Source of the DNA: Phoronis australis
Taxonomy: Eukaryota > Animalia > Phoronida
DNA: 64,000 bases
Assembly: GCA_002633005.1 (NCBI GenBank)
Contig: NMRA01000588.1
Span: 186,001-250,000, forward strand
Direction: 5' to 3'
The notes below the pieces were generated by a model that did not search any database, was not told the origin of the DNA, and saw only the letters and a list, made by a program, of their open reading frames with translations. The stretch's first letter is position 1. Every line of letters starts with the position of its first letter. This document shows, in pieces, positions 61,130-64,000 of the stretch. A program made the position numbers and the translations under genes.

Positions 61130-62854
61130 GTTGGTCGTTTACAAAGTTACAATACCAATATTAAACATTGCATATATTCTTATTCGGACAACGTCAAACT
61201 ACTTGAGGCAACGCTAATTAAAGTTGCAGAGTACGCGTTACAATTACGTTGAAATACTGACTATGTACTGTAACAAAACTAAGTACAAAGTACTTCCACC
61301 AATTTGCGGCATAGATCACGACTAAACTCAAAACTCAAGATACATGTACGGACGTTGAAGCACGAATGAGCTAAGCTGGCGCGCGTTACAGCTATAAACT
61401 ATGGTGTGCCGAGCAGTTACAATGTATACATCTGCAAAATTCTATTGAAGAATTAGTCACGTGGAAAATATACGCGGTAGAAGCTGGAGAGCAAACACAT
61501 AAACCACCAACAGATGGCGAATATAGTCAGACTACAAACACAAGAGTGCGTCGGCACTTACATGTACATGTAGTAACCATTTAAAGGGTGTGCAAGAGTT
61601 GAACAGCCTTTAAACTTAAGTTTGTTTACAAATGACCTCAGTTCCAACCACTGCCAATCGTGATTCTTGGATCTACATGTAACTACTCATTCTTAGGGAT
61701 GGACAACATCTGGGGCACGGTTCGGGGCTACGACGACCAATGGTACTTTTAAATTTAAGAAAACTAAACGGGACTGTCTGGCTTGGTGAAGACTGGCAAG
61801 TACAGGGTTGCCTTCTAACTACTATACATGTACATTTAGTTTTAACCGGAAGTGTGCGCGGCTCTGTTGGGTGAGGTTGAGGCGCAGCCGCCCTAAACTA
61901 CCACAGTCACGCTGTGGAATGATGCGAACTTGATGCATGAATGGATTTGATGAATGTATCTTGTCTCATAATTCATCAGTATTCCTAATTTATATTCTAT
62001 TAAAGGGATTTTATGATGATTTAAGCAATCCTAGTTCTGTTATCTGCTATGCATCACTGACGTCAAACTATACTAAATCCGGTTTTAGTCCGTCAACAGA
62101 CTCGATCCAAAAATTACTAAAACTGTGCCTTTCGAGGTTTATGATGAAGATAATTCAGTTCGCACGAATCCGAATTTGGTACGTAATAAATGGATGACAG
62201 AGTATCAATATCTTTACTCAGGTTTTGTTCCAGAATTTCCCTTTGATAATAAATTTCATTAGAACCATTTACAAGCCACAGAATACATTCAAGGTTTAAT
62301 GTCGTCCCCTGACTACAAACATGTGTATGCAATGACGAACGGAACTCTTTCACTACTGTGCATGAAATTCAGATAATCGTATCTAAGGCAAATCCTAACA
62401 AAGTATTGACCATATCCTCAATAAAGTTCTAAAGCACCCGGCGGTGGTTGCTACTTTGCATAACCTATTTCAAGCTATTTTTGTTTTGCAGTATGTCCAC
62501 TCAGTATGGTTGAAAGCCAATATTATTCCTATTCCGAAATGTACAGACAAGGATCCCTGTGTTTTATTGAATTATCGGGGGAAAAGCATGCCTTCCTTGG
62601 TTTAGAAATAACAAAGGGGTATTCTGGATGCCAGGATATCGTCTTAACTTGGGAGTTAAAGCCTGCTTGCTGAGGAGCAAAATGGTTTTCGTAAAGATAC
62701 ATGTACATGTAGATTATGTATCGACCATGTAATTTCATTGGCGTCTATAGTCCAAAACAGGAAAAATGAAAACATTTCCAATACTTGTAACATTTGCTGG
62801 TACGAAGAAAGTATTGGACAGTGTAGATAGTAGTTTATAAACTTCTATTAAATA

Positions 62855-64000
62855 ATATCGACGGTCAAGCGTACATTTATAATGCGATAAAAGGTATTTA
62901 TTCCGATCCTGTGGCTCGTGTCCAGATTTTTAAAAACTTTCACTGTTCCCTGTAATTTTGGTGTACCTCATGGAGAAACGCTTTCTCCGACTCTTTTAGT
63001 CTTTTTATAAATGACTTTGCTGATGAACTGAATCTGTTCAACTGTGATTCATGTACATGTATCTCTATAGGAAATAATACACATGTAATAAGGTCCTTGA
63101 TCTATGCTGACGTCATTGCCTTACTCTAGTCACGTGATCATGATATGCAGGCCATATTGGATCTTTTGCCCATTTGGTGTAAACATTGCAGGACGGAGAT
63201 GAATTTGAGTAAATTGAAGTTATGCATTTTTGTAAGCCCCGTGCGAGGCGGACCAACATTTTCTTCATTTATGCGAATAATCCGCTCTTTATTGTAAGTC
63301 AGCATAAATATGTAGGTGTCCCTTTGATGAACATTTTCAATTTAAACAAGCCGCAGTAGCAGCATCTGGTGGCCGTACAGTTCGCGCTATGGTAACTAAA
63401 TTCAAGCGCATGCGTGGTATTGTGTTCAATATACACCCCATTATGTGATGCGTGTGTTATACCGATGCTTGATTATTGCGCTGGTGGGTTCAATGCAAAA
63501 TCGGGTCTTCCGATACTTTCTTGAGGTTCACAAATTTACTCCAATCACGGCGAATAATGGAGATATGGGGTGGAAACCTGGTACAGTTCGCACGAAACTG
63601 TGTTCATTACAGCTCTGGAATAGACTTATTGCATACCTGATAATCGTCTCACAAATATTAACTACGTGTATTTTACTAGAACTTCACGTACAGAAAGGAT
63701 AATTGGTGAAAAAGTGTTTTTCAAAATTTTACTGAGGTTGATCAGATTGAAGCATTTTATCAAAAATCAGCTTGTGATCTGGATAATGCCAAAACGAGGA
63801 TCTTATCGAGTCTGAATGCAGGGTGGAAATTTTGCGCAAACCCAAACTAAGAACATGTAAATAATCTTAAAAAAATATCAAATAGAAGTTTATTTAAAAT
63901 GAGCAGGTCTAGAGAAAAGAAATCCCTCTTTTCTCAGTTTAAATGTGGAATAATGCCGCTGAAAGTGAAAACTGGGCATTTCGTTGAGCATTTGTGACAT
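62855..64000 (+). mobile_element. decayed non-LTR retrotransposon (LINE, CR1/L2-like) RT and C-terminal region, pseudogenised
   Basis: broken-frame translation: YNAIKGIYSDPVARVQ, GVPHGETLSPTL(F)SLFINDFADEL, LIYADVIALL (YADD box), DMGW, LWNRLI, KSLFSQFKCGIMPLKVKTG; stops and frameshifts present. Confidence 0.85.

Noticed and set aside
62855-64000. Functional reverse transcriptase or domesticated RT gene
   Set aside because: Multiple stops and frameshifts and a mutated catalytic motif (YADV) indicate a dead LINE copy.

Overview
Eukaryotic, AT-rich, intron-rich metazoan DNA. It looks like a marine invertebrate, but the taxon cannot be established from this window alone. Bases ~407-58290 hold the 3' part of one very large + strand gene: a pericentrin/AKAP9-family (Drosophila plp-like) centrosomal coiled-coil protein ending in a clear PACT domain. 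I hand-spliced 50 GT-AG coding exons whose phases join into one uninterrupted frame (10,572 nt, ~3,520 aa). The 5' end lies upstream of the window and the last exon is the least certain. Six of the seven single-N positions separate two slightly diverged copies of the same sequence. These are best read as uncollapsed haplotypes (assembly overlap), not real duplications, and they expose allelic differences such as a transposon present in only one copy and a VNTR with 7 vs 8 units. The introns carry a non-autonomous Helentron/DINE-1-like (HINE) family whose ~140-145 bp internal units end in CTCF-like motifs, plus several minisatellites, two of them seeded on splice donors. The 3' intergenic region has a MITE-like element and a decayed LINE. 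There is no CRISPR array, rRNA, tRNA or prokaryotic system. I found no clearly new biological system. The best leads are the CTCF-motif-bearing polymorphic HINE, the splice-donor minisatellite and the His-led hendecad coiled coil.
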